A stretch of 64,000 nucleotides of DNA from Ranitomeya imitator. Taxonomy: Eukaryota. The stretch covers positions 577,654,001 through 577,718,000 of the forward strand of contig NC_091286.1 in assembly GCF_032444005.1 (NCBI RefSeq), written 5' to 3'. The stretch's first letter is position 1; each line of letters starts with the position of its first letter. Below the pieces are notes generated by a model that was given only the letters and a program-made list of their open reading frames with translations, did no database searches and was not told the DNA's origin. Positions 10,866 through 23,442 of the stretch are shown piece by piece. The position numbers and the translations under genes were made by a program.

Positions 10866-13440
10866 TTAAAGGGGTTGTCCAAGAGTTGGACAACCCCTTC
10901 TTAAGAACAGTTGTTGCCCCAGTAAAATATCCATCTTCTTCACCAGCACTGTTCTAATGATGTTGGTACCAGGTCTTCCACTGCTAGCATGAAATTGTCA
11001 TGTGAGCTCTGCAGCCAATCAGCGGCTGCTAATGGACTTCACTCATATTTACTTGGATGAAACTCTGACATCCAGGGGAGAGGTGAACATTGCAGACAGT
11101 TCACAGCTGCTGATTGGCTGCAGTGCTCAAGGGAAATAAAAATCTCATGTGTGGATTGGAAGACCCATCAACCACATCGGAATAGCGTGCAGCGGTTTCT
11201 TCTACTTTACTCAGGGGGCTACAGCATTACTGGAAAACCCACTTGAAGACATCTCAAAATTCACTGTTATGCAGATATCACTTGAAGTTTACTTTAATGG
11301 CCACCTGCTCTGGAACCTCGTATACCAGCCACAGAACAAAGCCACTAAGAGATTGGCCATTCATTCATGTGACTCTATGGGAGAGTGTAGTGGGCATGTT
11401 CTGTGATCTGTGCAGAGGTAATTGGGGAAGGATGGGAAGGAGGTGAGCTGTGACCATCCACTGTTGTATCCAGTGTTATGTATATATCTATATATAAGCG
11501 ATGCCTTTCAATTTAATATTGCCTGAAAAGATAAAAAGAGGACTACTGAAATGTGATCACTACAGAGCAGGAATTGTCATCCTAGTATAATGCTCAGTGG
11601 CTAAAGAAAAACTGCAAGGTTTTTTTTAATATAGAAAGTGACATGGAAAAGAAAAAAAATAAGCAATATTTATAAATATGTTTAATATGATTGACTCCAT
11701 ATATAACTGTCTGCAAACCAGTCAGTAGTAAGAGCACATATGGTAAGATTTTCATATGGTATATGTACAGTATGTGATCACCATCCAGAATTTGGACTAA
11801 CCATAAGTAGTTAAGACGTACATTGACAATATTAGTCTACTTCATTTCTTTCATGCTTTTTATTGTAGTTAATGGTATAACCGTTGACATTCTTATTTTG
11901 AAAATTAAATAAAAATTAATTAAAAAAATACTCCTGATTTAAACAATAACATTTTCTTAAGGATAAAATGAAATAAAATTTTAATTAATCCAATGTAGAC
12001 AAAAATAAAATATATGCAATGTTTCAAGGTGATTATTTAATGAAGCAGATCTGCACACTTAGTTAAGCATATTAGTACATCAGCTAATGTCATAATTCAT
12101 CTGCCGTTATATTGTAAGAAAATGCAGTTTGTCTTCAATAGGTTAATTGTTCAGGTAAACTTAAAGGGGTCGTCAGATACAAAAAATATTTATTTTAAAA
12201 CCCTAACCATTTTTATAATTAGCTTTATTTTGAAATTCCCTACTATTCTCCATATCCTGCTAATCCGTATATCGGTTTTTGTTTCTTTTCTTTATTTTCT
12301 GTGATGTTTTGTATGAGGAGAGTGTGAAATAGGATCTCACAGGAGGATGGCCCTTCAGTCATTTCCCCTTTATTACTCCCCCACCCGCCACCCTGGTACA
12401 GGATATTATCACTAGAAGGCACGATGGTCACTTACCCAAAGATTGTTCCTTGATGAAGTTCAAAATCAATTGTGGTGATGGAGACAGGAAAAAGTGACCA
12501 CAGCTTCTTTCGCAGTTGCCACAGTAGAATGGCCCTACTGCTCCTGAAGTATACATGCTCAAGGAAAGGACTGTAGTCCTGACTTCATGTAGGTATGTTT
12601 GTCAACACTTCTGTCCACACCACTCTAAATTTTCAGCCCCCACTGCCACACTTCTTCTGTGCCTGCCTCCTCTATCACTGAAATTAATTATCATCAGGGG
12701 GCGGTGATAGAAGCAGGGTGAGTGACAGCAGTACCTCCTGTTGACAATTCTTCTCAAAGCAGTGATAGAAGTTGTGGGGTGGTGCTGCTGTCACTCAAGG
12801 TGAATTAAGTTGTGGTCACTTATCCCTGACTCCATGAAAACGATTAAAAGCTGCAAAGAAGTGACTGCAGCTCCAGCCTCCTAAGACATCCCGTTTGAGA
12901 CTTCTCTCAAATTAAACATCACAGGAAATAAAGTTAAAAAAAAGGATCCATGGATTAGCAGAATAGGGAGAATTGTAGGGAAGTTTAATTAAAGCTAATT
13001 GTAAAAGTGGTTACAATTTAAAAACAGATGTTTATAAAGGGCATTTTAGATATCGGAAAACCTTTTAAACACTGTAAAGCGCAGTATGCACATCGTGAGT
13101 TACGATAAGTGATTCATCATCTGTCCAGCAGTTCAATATTCACTTCAGCACCTTGGACAGTGATAGTGGTACTGTGTGCTGCAGATAAGAAGTCTTCTGG
13201 TTCAGCAGTACTCACTACCACTTGCAGTGTCAGACTTTGTAAGATGAAATCTTTTGTCATCTAAATGATGCATACTTGTAAAAATTGAATTCCTGTGTAA
13301 CCAGTAGTAGCATGTCAAGGAGTAATTCATTCAAGTGCTTCTTTCTGCATTTCTTAGTCCAGGGGATAAGTAAAATTGTTCTTGGAAACAACACGAATGT
13401 ATTCAGGCTGGAAATGGCACAGGCAGGTCTGTTTGGAAAC

Positions 13441-14042
13441 ACAAAAGAGAATAGTAAAACCAAAAACACTCAGTTTGAAAAAATGTTGCAGTAATCCGCA
13501 AGTGCTAGTAAAAGATGTAAAAAACAGGGTATTTGGTTGATACGTTTTTTGCAAAAAATGTATACTAAGCTGCTCTACCAATCTTCACGGTATACCCTTA
13601 TCAGAGCAGTCCTAACTAATGTATGCAATCCCTATCTGATGTATTTAAAAACCTGATCATCTGTATATAACCTGTGTGAACAGGGTTCAGAGAGGAAAAA
13701 TCCATGTGTGCATACAGGGTAGAACAGCTTTTGTGCAGATAGCCCAAGAGGAGTGGTGGAACTCCCCAGTCTTGTAGACACAAGAGAACAATTATGGAAA
13801 CAGGAACACATGGGCTACTTGCACAGTGAACAAGTCTGTATGATCATGTTCACACACCACCAAGAAACCTGAAGACACAAAAGAGAATAGTAAAACCAAA
13901 AACACTCAGTTTTGCAACATTTTTTCAAACTGAGTGTTTTTGGTTTTACTATTCTCTTTTGTGTCTTCAGGTTTCTTGGTGGTGTGTGAACATGATCATA
14001 CAGACTTGTTCACTGTGCAAGTAGCCCATGTGTTCCTGTTCC
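13441..14042. mobile_element. Non-coding fold-back retroelement-like insertion (PLE-type)
   Basis: 12-bp TSD CTGTTTGGAAAC (13429-13440, 14043-14054); near-perfect ~114-bp inverted arms at 13799-13912 and 13926-14040; 13441-13476 is repeated directly at 13877-13912. Confidence 0.85.
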
Positions 14043-14792
14043 CTGTTTGGAAACCTGCTTAATCCTTGAGATTTGCTGCAAAGACATTTTTGACTGCAGG
14101 TGACTATTATGCTCAGTCGATGGAATCAGACATTGTCTTATCACCTACAGACTACAAGAAACGATCTTGCAAAATTCAATAATATGTAAAGCAGATTAGA
14201 TCTCTTCTCCAAAGTGTTCTCCGCGTTTATTTTCTAATGTATCACTCCATCATCTGCCCTGAGTCTGTCACCATCCCATGAGCTTCTAAAGGTGACTTTT
14301 CTTATTGTCGCTCTTCTAAAGATATGATGTATCCCACCCACTAGAAAACCATTACAATTATGATGTGCAAATGCAGCATTGTAGAGTATACATAGAATCT
14401 AACTTGTAAATTGTGGTCTTTGAACCCACAGAGAAATGACGTCTATGTTGGACAGTATACCCATTACATACCATAGTGTACTAAATATATACCGAATATT
14501 CTGCATATACTGTATATATTATACATACATATATATTTATTGTAGTAGAGCTGGCAAGGAGGTAGGCACAGGAACACTGTCTCTTTTAGGTTCTTCACAG
14601 GTTTATTATGTACATGCTGCTTCAACCACAGTGAGGTATAAATAAACCCGCCCCTAAGGGGAAAACAAAACAAAATGGTTTATCACAGTCCATATGTCTG
14701 CAGGGATCCGCCCGCTCAGGAGAAGCCAGCATACAAAGGTTCAGCTTTCCTTAACAGGACACAGCACCGGAGCTCCACTTTCCAGGCCTACC

Positions 14793-15681
14793 TGTGACGC
14801 CCAGGAGACCGGGATACCCAGCACCGGACCAATGGAGTCTGTCTCTTGAGGGGGATGTCACGGGTGGCTTGACCCGGTGCTGTGGCCTCAGGCAATGCAC
14901 AGTGTAAGGGGTATCGTGAGGGGACAGGCACTTACTTGATCAGCAGCAGGTTCTCCCAGCGGTGACGATCCCGATCCTGGATAGATGGCTATTGTCCAAA
15001 TGAAAGACTGAGGCACTGAAACGTTTAACCAGTTTACTTTAACATAAAAGGATTTACAACCAGTCCTGTCACCGGAGTCTGTATGGGAACTCTGAGTTAC
15101 TTTGACCCTGCCGGGGTCTTCGCCTCTTATTGTGCACAATTTCTGTGTGGCCCTGCTGCTGTATGTGAACTGGCTGCCGGCCCAATCTGTCCCCTCCGGG
15201 TCCTGAATCGATGGGCAACCCGAGTCCTTTTATCGGTTTACCCCCTCTGGGAGTACCGCTGAACTCTGTGTCTGTTGCTGCATCCGACCCTAGTGAAGCT
15301 GATATCACCTCACGTTTTTCCGGTTGCTGTATTATATATAATGAATACAGCCACGGATCCGGTATCCGTCTTTGCGCCTGTTCTGGGTAGTGATTAATGC
15401 TACCCGGTTCTCACAATGTCCTTTTTCTCTATCTCTCTTCTCCTCAGGCCGGTGATTTAGGCCTGGTAACAGTCACAGGGCTGTTAGATATTCAACTGTA
15501 TGACCTCTCACTATCAGCTCCTTGGCCCAACTGCCATTTCTTCTCTCAGACCAGAATGGATCAAGGGGAGTCTCTGGAGCTCCCCCTTCTGGCCGGAGGT
15601 GGTAGTGCAGTCTTGCTATTTTAGTATTTGTACTTACTGTCAGTAACTATTTTTGTGGCAAATACCCCTAGGGGTGCCACA
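14793..15681 (-). repeat. Gypsy 3' LTR
   Basis: Direct repeat of 21805-22693; adjacent PPT AAGGGGGAA at 15690-15682. Confidence 0.97.
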
Positions 15682-16163
15682 TTCCCCCTTAGTTAAGAAC
15701 AGTACTCCGGGACTGTGGGACAATAACATTTTGAAATAACAATTAATATGTACAGAGTCTTAAAAATGAAAAGTTACAAAAACCACTCAAGGAAACAAAA
15801 ATAGAGTTCTGTAAAAAGTCACTTCAAATAGCGTCCATTAATACAGTTCTATCCTTAAAGGTATTAGGAACGGCACTGTACTTAGTGTCCAGGAATTTAG
15901 TTCCATTTTTCCAATGGAGTTATCAATATAAAGTCTAAACAAAGTTCAAAAAGAGCAAAAAGCAAAGTTCAAAAAGCAGTCTTTCCGGAGCTTTGATTTA
16001 GTGCCTCCGGGCTGATAAAAAGTTCAAGAATATGCAATAAGTTCATACAGACAAGTCTCTGTAGGCACTAGGCTTAAACGTTGCAGACTGATAGCAATGA
16101 CTATACTACATTTTCTGTTTAACTATATACGGCATAACATATATACAATTCACATTATGAGCT

Positions 16164-19100
16164 TTATAGTTGGTAATCTGCATACCTGGCCGGTAATTGA
16201 CCCTGGGTACTACGCTGTGATCTACGTAATAGCGGTGTCTCTTCATGTGGTGTACTACTGTCTACTGCGGATGTAGTATCTGCCCGCTCTGCTAAAGATA
16301 ATTCCACGACTATGGAGTTGGCAAGTCCACCGTGAATGGGATTACTCTGACCAGGAATCTGTTCTTCCTGGCCTGGAACCTCCTGTAGAACGGGGTCAGC
16401 CTCTTCCTGTCTTGGGACTTCTGGTATTGGGTTCGGTGTTGGGTAAAAGGCCACCATGGGAACCACTACTGCACCATGGTATGTTAGTAGGGTTTTGGGA
16501 AAGTCTCCTATACAGGTGTGATACACTTCCTCTTCTTTTTCCTTTACTGGTTGAACCTGTATGGGTTGAATAACTTCTGGTTCTGGCTGGACAACGTCTG
16601 GCTCTTTCAATGCTTCCGGACATAATTTAAGATTGTCTCTTGACACTAGTACAGATGTTAAGCCTCCGTTTTTGCTAATGAGACACATTTTAGGATTATC
16701 CACTCTTGTTGGTAAAACTGTGTAGGGTACGGCTTCCCACTGATTGTCCAGTTTATTGGTTCGACGATTTCTCTTGAGCACTTGGTCACCCGGTCTTAAT
16801 GGGGTCGCTAGAGCATTCTGGTTGAAAGTTCGCTCTTGTCTTTCTCTAGTTTGCTGAAGGCTTCTTTCCACACTCTCTTGCACTTGGCGATACTGCTTTT
16901 GCCGTATGATATCCCAATTGGAGTCTTGAACTTCTGCGTCTGGTTTCAGAATTCCCATTTCTAGATCGATTGGTAATTGGCCGGGTCTTGCACGCATAAG
17001 GTAAGCTGGGGTGCAGTTGGTGGAGCTCACCGGGACATGATTATACAGATCCACCAAGTCAGGCAATTTCTCTGGCCATTGATTCCTTTCTGTCTCAGGT
17101 AAAGTCTTTAGTAGGTCTATTACAATATGGTTCATCTTCTCGCATAAGCCGTTTGTTTGTGGATGATAGGCCGTCGTCCGGATCTTTTTGCAACCATACA
17201 TATTACAGAATTCTCTGAAGATCTCTGATTCAAAGGCTGTACCTTGGTCGGTGAGAACCTGTTCCGGATATCCATGGGGTCTACAAAAGTACGTTTGGAA
17301 CGCTTTGGCTGCTGTTTTTGCTGTCAGATCTTTTACGGGTACTACTACCAAGAAACGTGAATAATGGTCCACGATGGTCAAGGCATAGACATAGCCGGAC
17401 CGGCTTGGTGTCAACTTCACGTGGTCCATGGCTACAAGTTCAAGTGGTTGTTTGGTGATTATGGGCTGCAGTGGTGCTCTTTGGTTCTTTTGATCGTTTC
17501 TTCTGAGGTTGCACGGGCCACAATTTCTGCACCACTGTTCGATTGATTTTCTCATCCCGACCCAATAAAATCTTTCTCTTAGAAGTACTTCTAACTTTTT
17601 CCAACCGAAGAGACCAGCACCATTATGGTAAGCTTCGAGGACCATCTTCACATCTTGTTTAGGCACAATAATCTGCCAAACCAATTCGTGTGTTTTCGGA
17701 TTGGTGTATCTTCTACAGAGCTTCCCTTGATACAGGAACATTTTGCCTCTCTCTTTCCAGAGTTGATGCGTCTCTTCTGGGGCATCCTCATAGGGATATG
17801 CACTTTGCTCAGTCAACAGTTCCTTCACCAACTTCACAGCCGGATTGCTGTCTTGGGTGTCAGCCCATCTATGGTGTGCTAACGGATTAAAATTCACCTC
17901 TTGTTGTTTCTGATAGGTACTTGACTGATGATGTTTTGCCTTGGGACGATGGAAGGCTGGTAGTTCAATTTCTTCAAGCTCCCCCGTTTCCTCTTCTACA
18001 TCTCTCAAGTGTGGCATCCGGGATAGGGCATCGGCATTTCCATTCTTGCGACCTGCTCGATACTTGATTATGAAGTTGTAATTAGATAACCGGGCTATCC
18101 ATCGCTGTTCTAACGCACCTAATTTGGCTGTGTCCAGGTGGGTCAACGGATTGTTGTCAGTATAGACAATAAATTCTGCAGCGGCCAGATAGTGTTTGAA
18201 ACGCTCCGTCACAGCCCAAACTACTGCCAGTAGTTCCAATTTGAAGGAGCTGTAATTTTCTGAATTTCTTTCAGTAGGCCGGAGCTTTCTACTTGCAAAG
18301 GCGATGACTTTCTCCCGACCTTCTTGCTTTTGTGACAGCACCGCTCCTAGTCCCACATTACTGGCATCGGTGTAGAGGATGAAAGGTTTATGGTAATCTG
18401 GGTATGCCAGAACCTCTTCTCCGGTTAGTGCCTTCTTTAGTTGTTCAAAGGAGTCTTCCCTTTCGTCGTTCCACTGAAAAGGAGGGTTTCGGTTTGAAGG
18501 TTTCTTCGTCTGCCCTACCAAGGTGTCTTGCAAGGGTGCTGCCAACTTGGTAAATCCTTTTATAAATCTGCGATAGTAACCCACCAATCCCAGGAATTGT
18601 CTCACTTCTTTTGCGCTGGTAGGTCTTGGCCAATCCCTTATGGCGCTTATTTTCTCGGGATCTGGTGCTACTCCCTCCGAACTCACGATGTGTCCCAGGT
18701 ACTGTACCTTTGGCTTGAGAAGGTGACATTTGGATGGCTTGACTTTCATGCCATACCTGGATAAGGCTTCGAACACTTCTGCCAGGTCTATTAAGTGTTG
18801 TTCGTAAGTCTTTGAGTAGACGATCACATCATCTAGGTACAGGAGGACGGTCTCGAAGTTCTTGTGTCCGAGGCAGCATTCCATCAGCCGCTGGAAGGTA
18901 CCGGATGCGTTGCAGAGTCCGAACGGCATGCGATTAAATTCACATAGACCCATTGGTGTGGTGAATGCCGTCTTTTCCTTATCTCTCTCAGCCACAGGGA
19001 CTTGCCAATACCCGCTTGTTAAGTCTAAGGTGGAAAAATAATTAGCAGATTTCAAAGCAGTTAAGGACTCTTCTATCCTAGGCAAGGGGTAGGCGTCTTT

Positions 19101-20300
19101 ATGGGTGATGTTATTAATCTTCCGGTAGTCTACGCACATTCTCATGGTTCCGTCCTTTTTTTTGACAATCACTAGAGGGGCCGCCCAGGGGCTACAGCTG
19201 TCTCTTATTACCCCGGCCTGTTTCATTTCCCTCAGCATATCTTTTGCACATTGATAGTGAGCGGGCGGTATGGGTCTATATCTTTCTTTTATTGGGGGAT
19301 GGTCACCTGTGGGGATTGTGTGTTCTACCCCTTCTATCCGTCCGAAGTCCAATGGGTGTTTACTGAAGACTTGTTCATATTCCGTCACTAGCCTATACAC
19401 CCCTTGTTTTTGATGGGTAGGTGTTGAATTTATGCCCACGTGTAGCTGTTGGCACCAATCCTCCATTTCTCCATCTGAGCCATTGCCTTCCACCTGACAG
19501 GTTGGTTCTAAGGGCTCAATGGTTGTGATGGCATTGTTGTCAACATTATATAGCTTTGCCATTGTAGCATACCTTGGCAAAGTGACCTCTTCCTCTCCAC
19601 AGTTCAAAAGTCGTACCGGCACTCGTCCCCGGTGTACCTCGACTATCCCTCGTGCTGTGAGTATAGTGGGCCTGCTGTCGGTGTACACTGGTTCTATTAA
19701 GGCTTGATAATCTCGTCCCTTAGTACCAATGGCTGCTCTACACCATACCAGCATTTCTGTTTTTGGTGGGATTACAATAGACGTTGGATCACTTACCCTC
19801 ACACTGCCGATTTCTCCACCTGCAACTTCTACCTGTTGCCTTAACATCAATACTTTTATTTCCCTCCGGAGAACGCTCTGCTGGCAGGATTGGGCAGTTT
19901 CAGCAATTTGCTGTAAGACAGAAATGACTTCGGAAAAGCAGTTCTCTAACACATTCATTCCTATCAATACAGTTGGTTCACAGTTCCGCCGGTCAACATC
20001 AACAACAATTATACCCTGTTTCTTCAGTTCTACTTTACCAATCTTTATGGTCATCTCCCTGAATCCTAGTTTCGGTACCAACTTACCATTACTGGCCCAT
20101 ATATCTAGTTCAACATCAGAGGGCCCTTTATCAATATCTGCATCAGCCCAGTACCTCTTATAAAGGATATACGGTATAGATGAAATCTGGGAACCTGTGT
20201 CCAGCAAAGCGTTGAGGGGAATTCCGTCCAGCACGATAGGGATAATGGGTCGTCCTCCGATGTACCTGTCGTGCCAGGGTGTTGGGCCTTGAAAGTTCAT
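16164..20300 (-). CDS. pol: Gypsy pol polyprotein (protease, RT, RNase H, integrase), 1378 aa open
   Basis: LDTGS protease; LDLTSGYWQ and YLDD RT motifs; YTDAS/ELLAV/TDNNPL RNase H; C-x2-C and D,D(35)E-type integrase core (MDHV, TDQG, CEKMN). Confidence 0.97.
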   Translation of the reverse strand: MNFQGPTPWHDRYIGGRPIIPIVLDGIPLNALLDTGSQISSIPYILYKRYWADADIDKGPSDVELDIWASNGKLVPKLGFREMTIKIGKVELKKQGIIVVDVDRRNCEPTVLIGMNVLENCFSEVISVLQQIAETAQSCQQSVLRREIKVLMLRQQVEVAGGEIGSVRVSDPTSIVIPPKTEMLVWCRAAIGTKGRDYQALIEPVYTDSRPTILTARGIVEVHRGRVPVRLLNCGEEEVTLPRYATMAKLYNVDNNAITTIEPLEPTCQVEGNGSDGEMEDWCQQLHVGINSTPTHQKQGVYRLVTEYEQVFSKHPLDFGRIEGVEHTIPTGDHPPIKERYRPIPPAHYQCAKDMLREMKQAGVIRDSCSPWAAPLVIVKKKDGTMRMCVDYRKINNITHKDAYPLPRIEESLTALKSANYFSTLDLTSGYWQVPVAERDKEKTAFTTPMGLCEFNRMPFGLCNASGTFQRLMECCLGHKNFETVLLYLDDVIVYSKTYEQHLIDLAEVFEALSRYGMKVKPSKCHLLKPKVQYLGHIVSSEGVAPDPEKISAIRDWPRPTSAKEVRQFLGLVGYYRRFIKGFTKLAAPLQDTLVGQTKKPSNRNPPFQWNDEREDSFEQLKKALTGEEVLAYPDYHKPFILYTDASNVGLGAVLSQKQEGREKVIAFASRKLRPTERNSENYSSFKLELLAVVWAVTERFKHYLAAAEFIVYTDNNPLTHLDTAKLGALEQRWIARLSNYNFIIKYRAGRKNGNADALSRMPHLRDVEEETGELEEIELPAFHRPKAKHHQSSTYQKQQEVNFNPLAHHRWADTQDSNPAVKLVKELLTEQSAYPYEDAPEETHQLWKERGKMFLYQGKLCRRYTNPKTHELVWQIIVPKQDVKMVLEAYHNGAGLFGWKKLEVLLRERFYWVGMRKSIEQWCRNCGPCNLRRNDQKNQRAPLQPIITKQPLELVAMDHVKLTPSRSGYVYALTIVDHYSRFLVVVPVKDLTAKTAAKAFQTYFCRPHGYPEQVLTDQGTAFESEIFREFCNMYGCKKIRTTAYHPQTNGLCEKMNHIVIDLLKTLPETERNQWPEKLPDLVDLYNHVPVSSTNCTPAYLMRARPGQLPIDLEMGILKPDAEVQDSNWDIIRQKQYRQVQESVERSLQQTRERQERTFNQNALATPLRPGDQVLKRNRRTNKLDNQWEAVPYTVLPTRVDNPKMCLISKNGGLTSVLVSRDNLKLCPEALKEPDVVQPEPEVIQPIQVQPVKEKEEEVYHTCIGDFPKTLLTYHGAVVVPMVAFYPTPNPIPEVPRQEEADPVLQEVPGQEEQIPGQSNPIHGGLANSIVVELSLAERADTTSAVDSSTPHEETPLLRRSQRSTQGQLPARYADYQL

Positions 20301-21334
20301 TCCTGCGAAGCGGCCCGCATTCCCAGGGGATTCCCGTTTAAATCACAATCTCGTGCAAAGTGGCCCGGCTGCTGGCAACGGCGGCAAATGGGCTGTCCAT
20401 CCGGTTGGTAGCGGTCGCGGGGTCGTCCTCTCCATGTCGGGTATCTCCGGGGTCTCATCCATGGAACATCCTCTCTACAGTTTGCCAACTCCATCTTGGG
20501 TCCTCTCATCTCCTGCATGGTTTTAGCCATTGAAGCAACAACATCAGCTAAAGAGTCAAGCTTTTGTTGAAGAGCCTCATTAGTACTGGGCCCCAGGGGC
20601 TTAGCAATGGCCCCGGACATAGCTGATGTCACTGGTACTCCATGTTATTGAGGAGCCTCTGCCATGAGTTGCGCAGGCTCCTGATCCCGAGGTGCTTCTG
20701 CCAGCTGGAGACGTATAGCGCTCTCCTTTAATTGGGCAAATGTCAATTCAGGGTTCTTAAAAACAAGCATGCTCACATGCCCCCGGTGAGAAGGGGTGTA
20801 GAGTCCCTCAATAAATTGATCTCTTAGCAGTTTATCCGCTCCGGTGTTAAAAATGGGTTCAGCCAGTGTAAGTGATTTAAGGGCTTCCTGGAGGTTTAAG
20901 GCAAAGTCTCTCACGCCCTCATTAGCTTTTTGTTTGCAACTAAAGAATCGTATTTTAGCTTTGCTGCTGGCCGTGGTTTCAAATGTAGCTTTTAATCCAG
21001 CAAATATGCGTTCAACAGTGCCTTTTAGATCAGCTGCCCATGCTGTGACTTCTCGCTTAGCATGGCCACTTAACTGCATCATCTAACTAACACGCTGAAC
21101 TTCACCCACAGGGAACATGTCAAAATGGGCCAGCATCTTTTCTCTGAAATCGTCAAGGGTATTAGGCTCACCTTCATACATTGGAAGCCAAGGGCCACCC
21201 GGGGTATATGGCATCAGCACCGGCATGATGGGCGCCACTCCTTGCACCGCTGCGCTGCCGGACTCTCTATTGACACTCTGTCTTTCAGCTGCATTAGCGT
21301 TGCCGAGTGCTGCGGCGTCTCCGTGCTGCGACAT
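20297..21334 (-). pseudogene. gag: Gypsy gag with two in-frame stops
   Basis: Three listed ORFs share one frame, broken by TAG (21085-21083) and TAA (20647-20645). The C-terminal CCHC knuckle reads CRRCQQPGHFARDC. Confidence 0.9.
20336..20342 (-). promoter_or_regulatory. Predicted -1 ribosomal frameshift slippery site U UUA AAC
   Basis: gag reads GAT TTA AAC (D-L-N). The -1 frame TTT AAA CGG GAA... is open into pol MNFQGP. GC-rich sequence with self-complementary potential follows. Confidence 0.8.
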
Positions 21335-21784
21335 ACTGTGCCCCCTTAGTTAATCCGGACCCTTCCGGTCCTCCGCTTCCGTCGGGATAGTGTAGATTCG
21401 TTCCGCTGTGCAGCAGGATCGATTTTCCCCTTGCTCTGATGTCAGAGCGCTCAGCTTGGTGCCGCCCACAATGACACGCCCCCTGCTGCTCCCACCCACC
21501 GCGCTCTGTAATGGCGGATTCTGAAGTTTTTCAGTTAGACTGGGGCTCAGGTGATGGCGTAGCTCAATTAACAGTCTCGTGCCTAACGGTTATGAAGTGA
21601 TTACCTCAGGGGATGGCGGCCATCTTTACTCCATTATAACCAATGGGGAAAAGTCACTTTCAATAGTTTTCAATGGGGAATGGATTTTTCTTTAATAAAG
21701 TCAATTTTCAAGATTTTTCATCCCAGTTTTCACAGTTTTGGGCTCCAATCACGGCACACAATACCCGGTATACGGGCTGGCTAG

Positions 21785-21802
21785 ATCCTGTTCGTGATGC
21801 CA
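21785..21802 (-). promoter_or_regulatory. Primer binding site, tRNA-Ser(CGA)-like
   Basis: TGGCATCACGAACAGGAT, 2 nt from the 5' LTR. It has one mismatch to the recalled vertebrate tRNA-Ser(CGA) 3' end ATCCTGTTCGTGACGCCA. Confidence 0.8.
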
Positions 21803-21804
21803 AT

Positions 21805-22693
21805 TGTGACGCCCAGGAGACCGGGATACCCAGCACCGGACCAATGGAGTCTGTCTCTTGAGGGGGATGTCACGGGTGGCTTGACCCGGTGCTGTGGCCT
21901 CAGGCAATGCACAGTGTAAGGGGTATCGTGAGGGGACAGGCACTTACTTGATCAGCAGCAGGTTCTCCCAGCGGTGACGATCCCGATCCTGGATAGATGG
22001 CTATTGTCCAAATGAAAGACTGAGGCACTGAAACGTTTAACCAGTTTACTTTAACATAAAAGGATTTACAACCAGTCCTGTCACCGGAGTCTGTATGGGA
22101 ACTCTGAGTTACTTTGACCCTGCCGGGGTCTTCGCCTCTTATTGTGCGCAATTTCTGTGTGGCCCTGCTGCTGTATGTGAACTGGCTGCCAGCCCAATCT
22201 GTCCCCTCCGGGTCCTGGTTCGACGGGCAACCCGAGTCCTTTTATCGGCTTACCCCCTCCGGGAGTACCGCTGAACTCTGTGTCTGTTGCTGCATCCGAC
22301 CCTAGTGAAGCTGATATCACCTCACGTTTTTCCGGTTGCTGTATTATATATAATGAATACAGCCACGGATCCGGTATCCGTCTTTGCGCCTGTTCTGGGT
22401 AGTGATTAATGCTACCCGGTTCTCACAATGTCCTTTTTCTCTATCCCTCTTCTCCTCAGGCCGGTGATTTAGGCCTGGTAACAGTCACAGGGCTGTTAGA
22501 TATTCAACTGTATGACCTCTCACTATCAGCTCCTTGGCCCAACTGCCATTTCTTCTCTCAGACCAGAATGGATCAAGGGGAGTCTCTGGAGCTCCCCCTT
22601 CTGGCCGGAGGTGGTAGTGCAGTCTTGCTATTTTAGTATTTGTACTTACTGTCAGTAACTATTTTTGTGGCAAATACCCTTAGGGGTGCCACA
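21805..22693 (-). repeat. Gypsy 5' LTR
   Basis: Direct repeat of 14793-15681. Confidence 0.97.
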
Positions 22694-23442
22694 TACCGAA
22701 CACTGAATGCCTCAGAAGGCCGACTATTTAAACCCCAGTACACACCCTGGGCTGGAGATAAGGTGGACAACCTCCTACCTCTATAGTTGTCCAGAAAAGC
22801 TAATTGCCTCAGTGAGTCATGTCTCCCCTCCAGAACGCTGCCAACAACTTTGTCACAATATTTTTTTTTTTGCAGATTCACATACTGAACAATGATTATG
22901 GGGGGCGGAGAATTAGATTTTCACATTGAAGAACATTGTAGTCAACCGATTCTCTGAAATAGCTATTTGCAGACAGTAGAAGAGTAAGGGTATGTGCACA
23001 CGTCAGGATTTCTTGCAGATATTTCCTGAAGAAAACCGGAAATTTTCTGCAGGAAATCCGCATTTTTTTTTGCGTTTTTTTCCCCGTTTTTTTTAGCATT
23101 TTACAAGCGAAATTAGCCTGCAGAATGCTAAGGTTTTCCAAACGATCTGTAGCATCGCTTGGAAAACTGACTGACAGGTTGGTCACACTTGTCAAACACA
23201 GTGTTTGACAAGTGTGACCAACTTTTTACTATAGATGCTGCCTATGCAGCATCAATTGTAAAAGATAGAATGTTTAAAAATAATAAAAAAAATAAAAAAA
23301 ATGGTTATACTTACCTGCAGACAGCCGATCTCCTCAGCGGCGTCCGTTCCTATAGATGGTGTGTGTGTGCAGTACCTTCGATGATGTAGCGGTCACATGA
23401 GCGGTCACGCGACCAATCCACAAGACGGCAACGTCACTATAA

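Larger units (their letters stand above)
14793..22693 (-). mobile_element. Full-length Ty3/Gypsy LTR retrotransposon
   Basis: 889-bp LTRs (about 9 differences by eye); TG...CA ends; 4-bp TSD TACC; PBS; PPT; gag followed by PR-RT-RH-IN pol. Confidence 0.98.
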
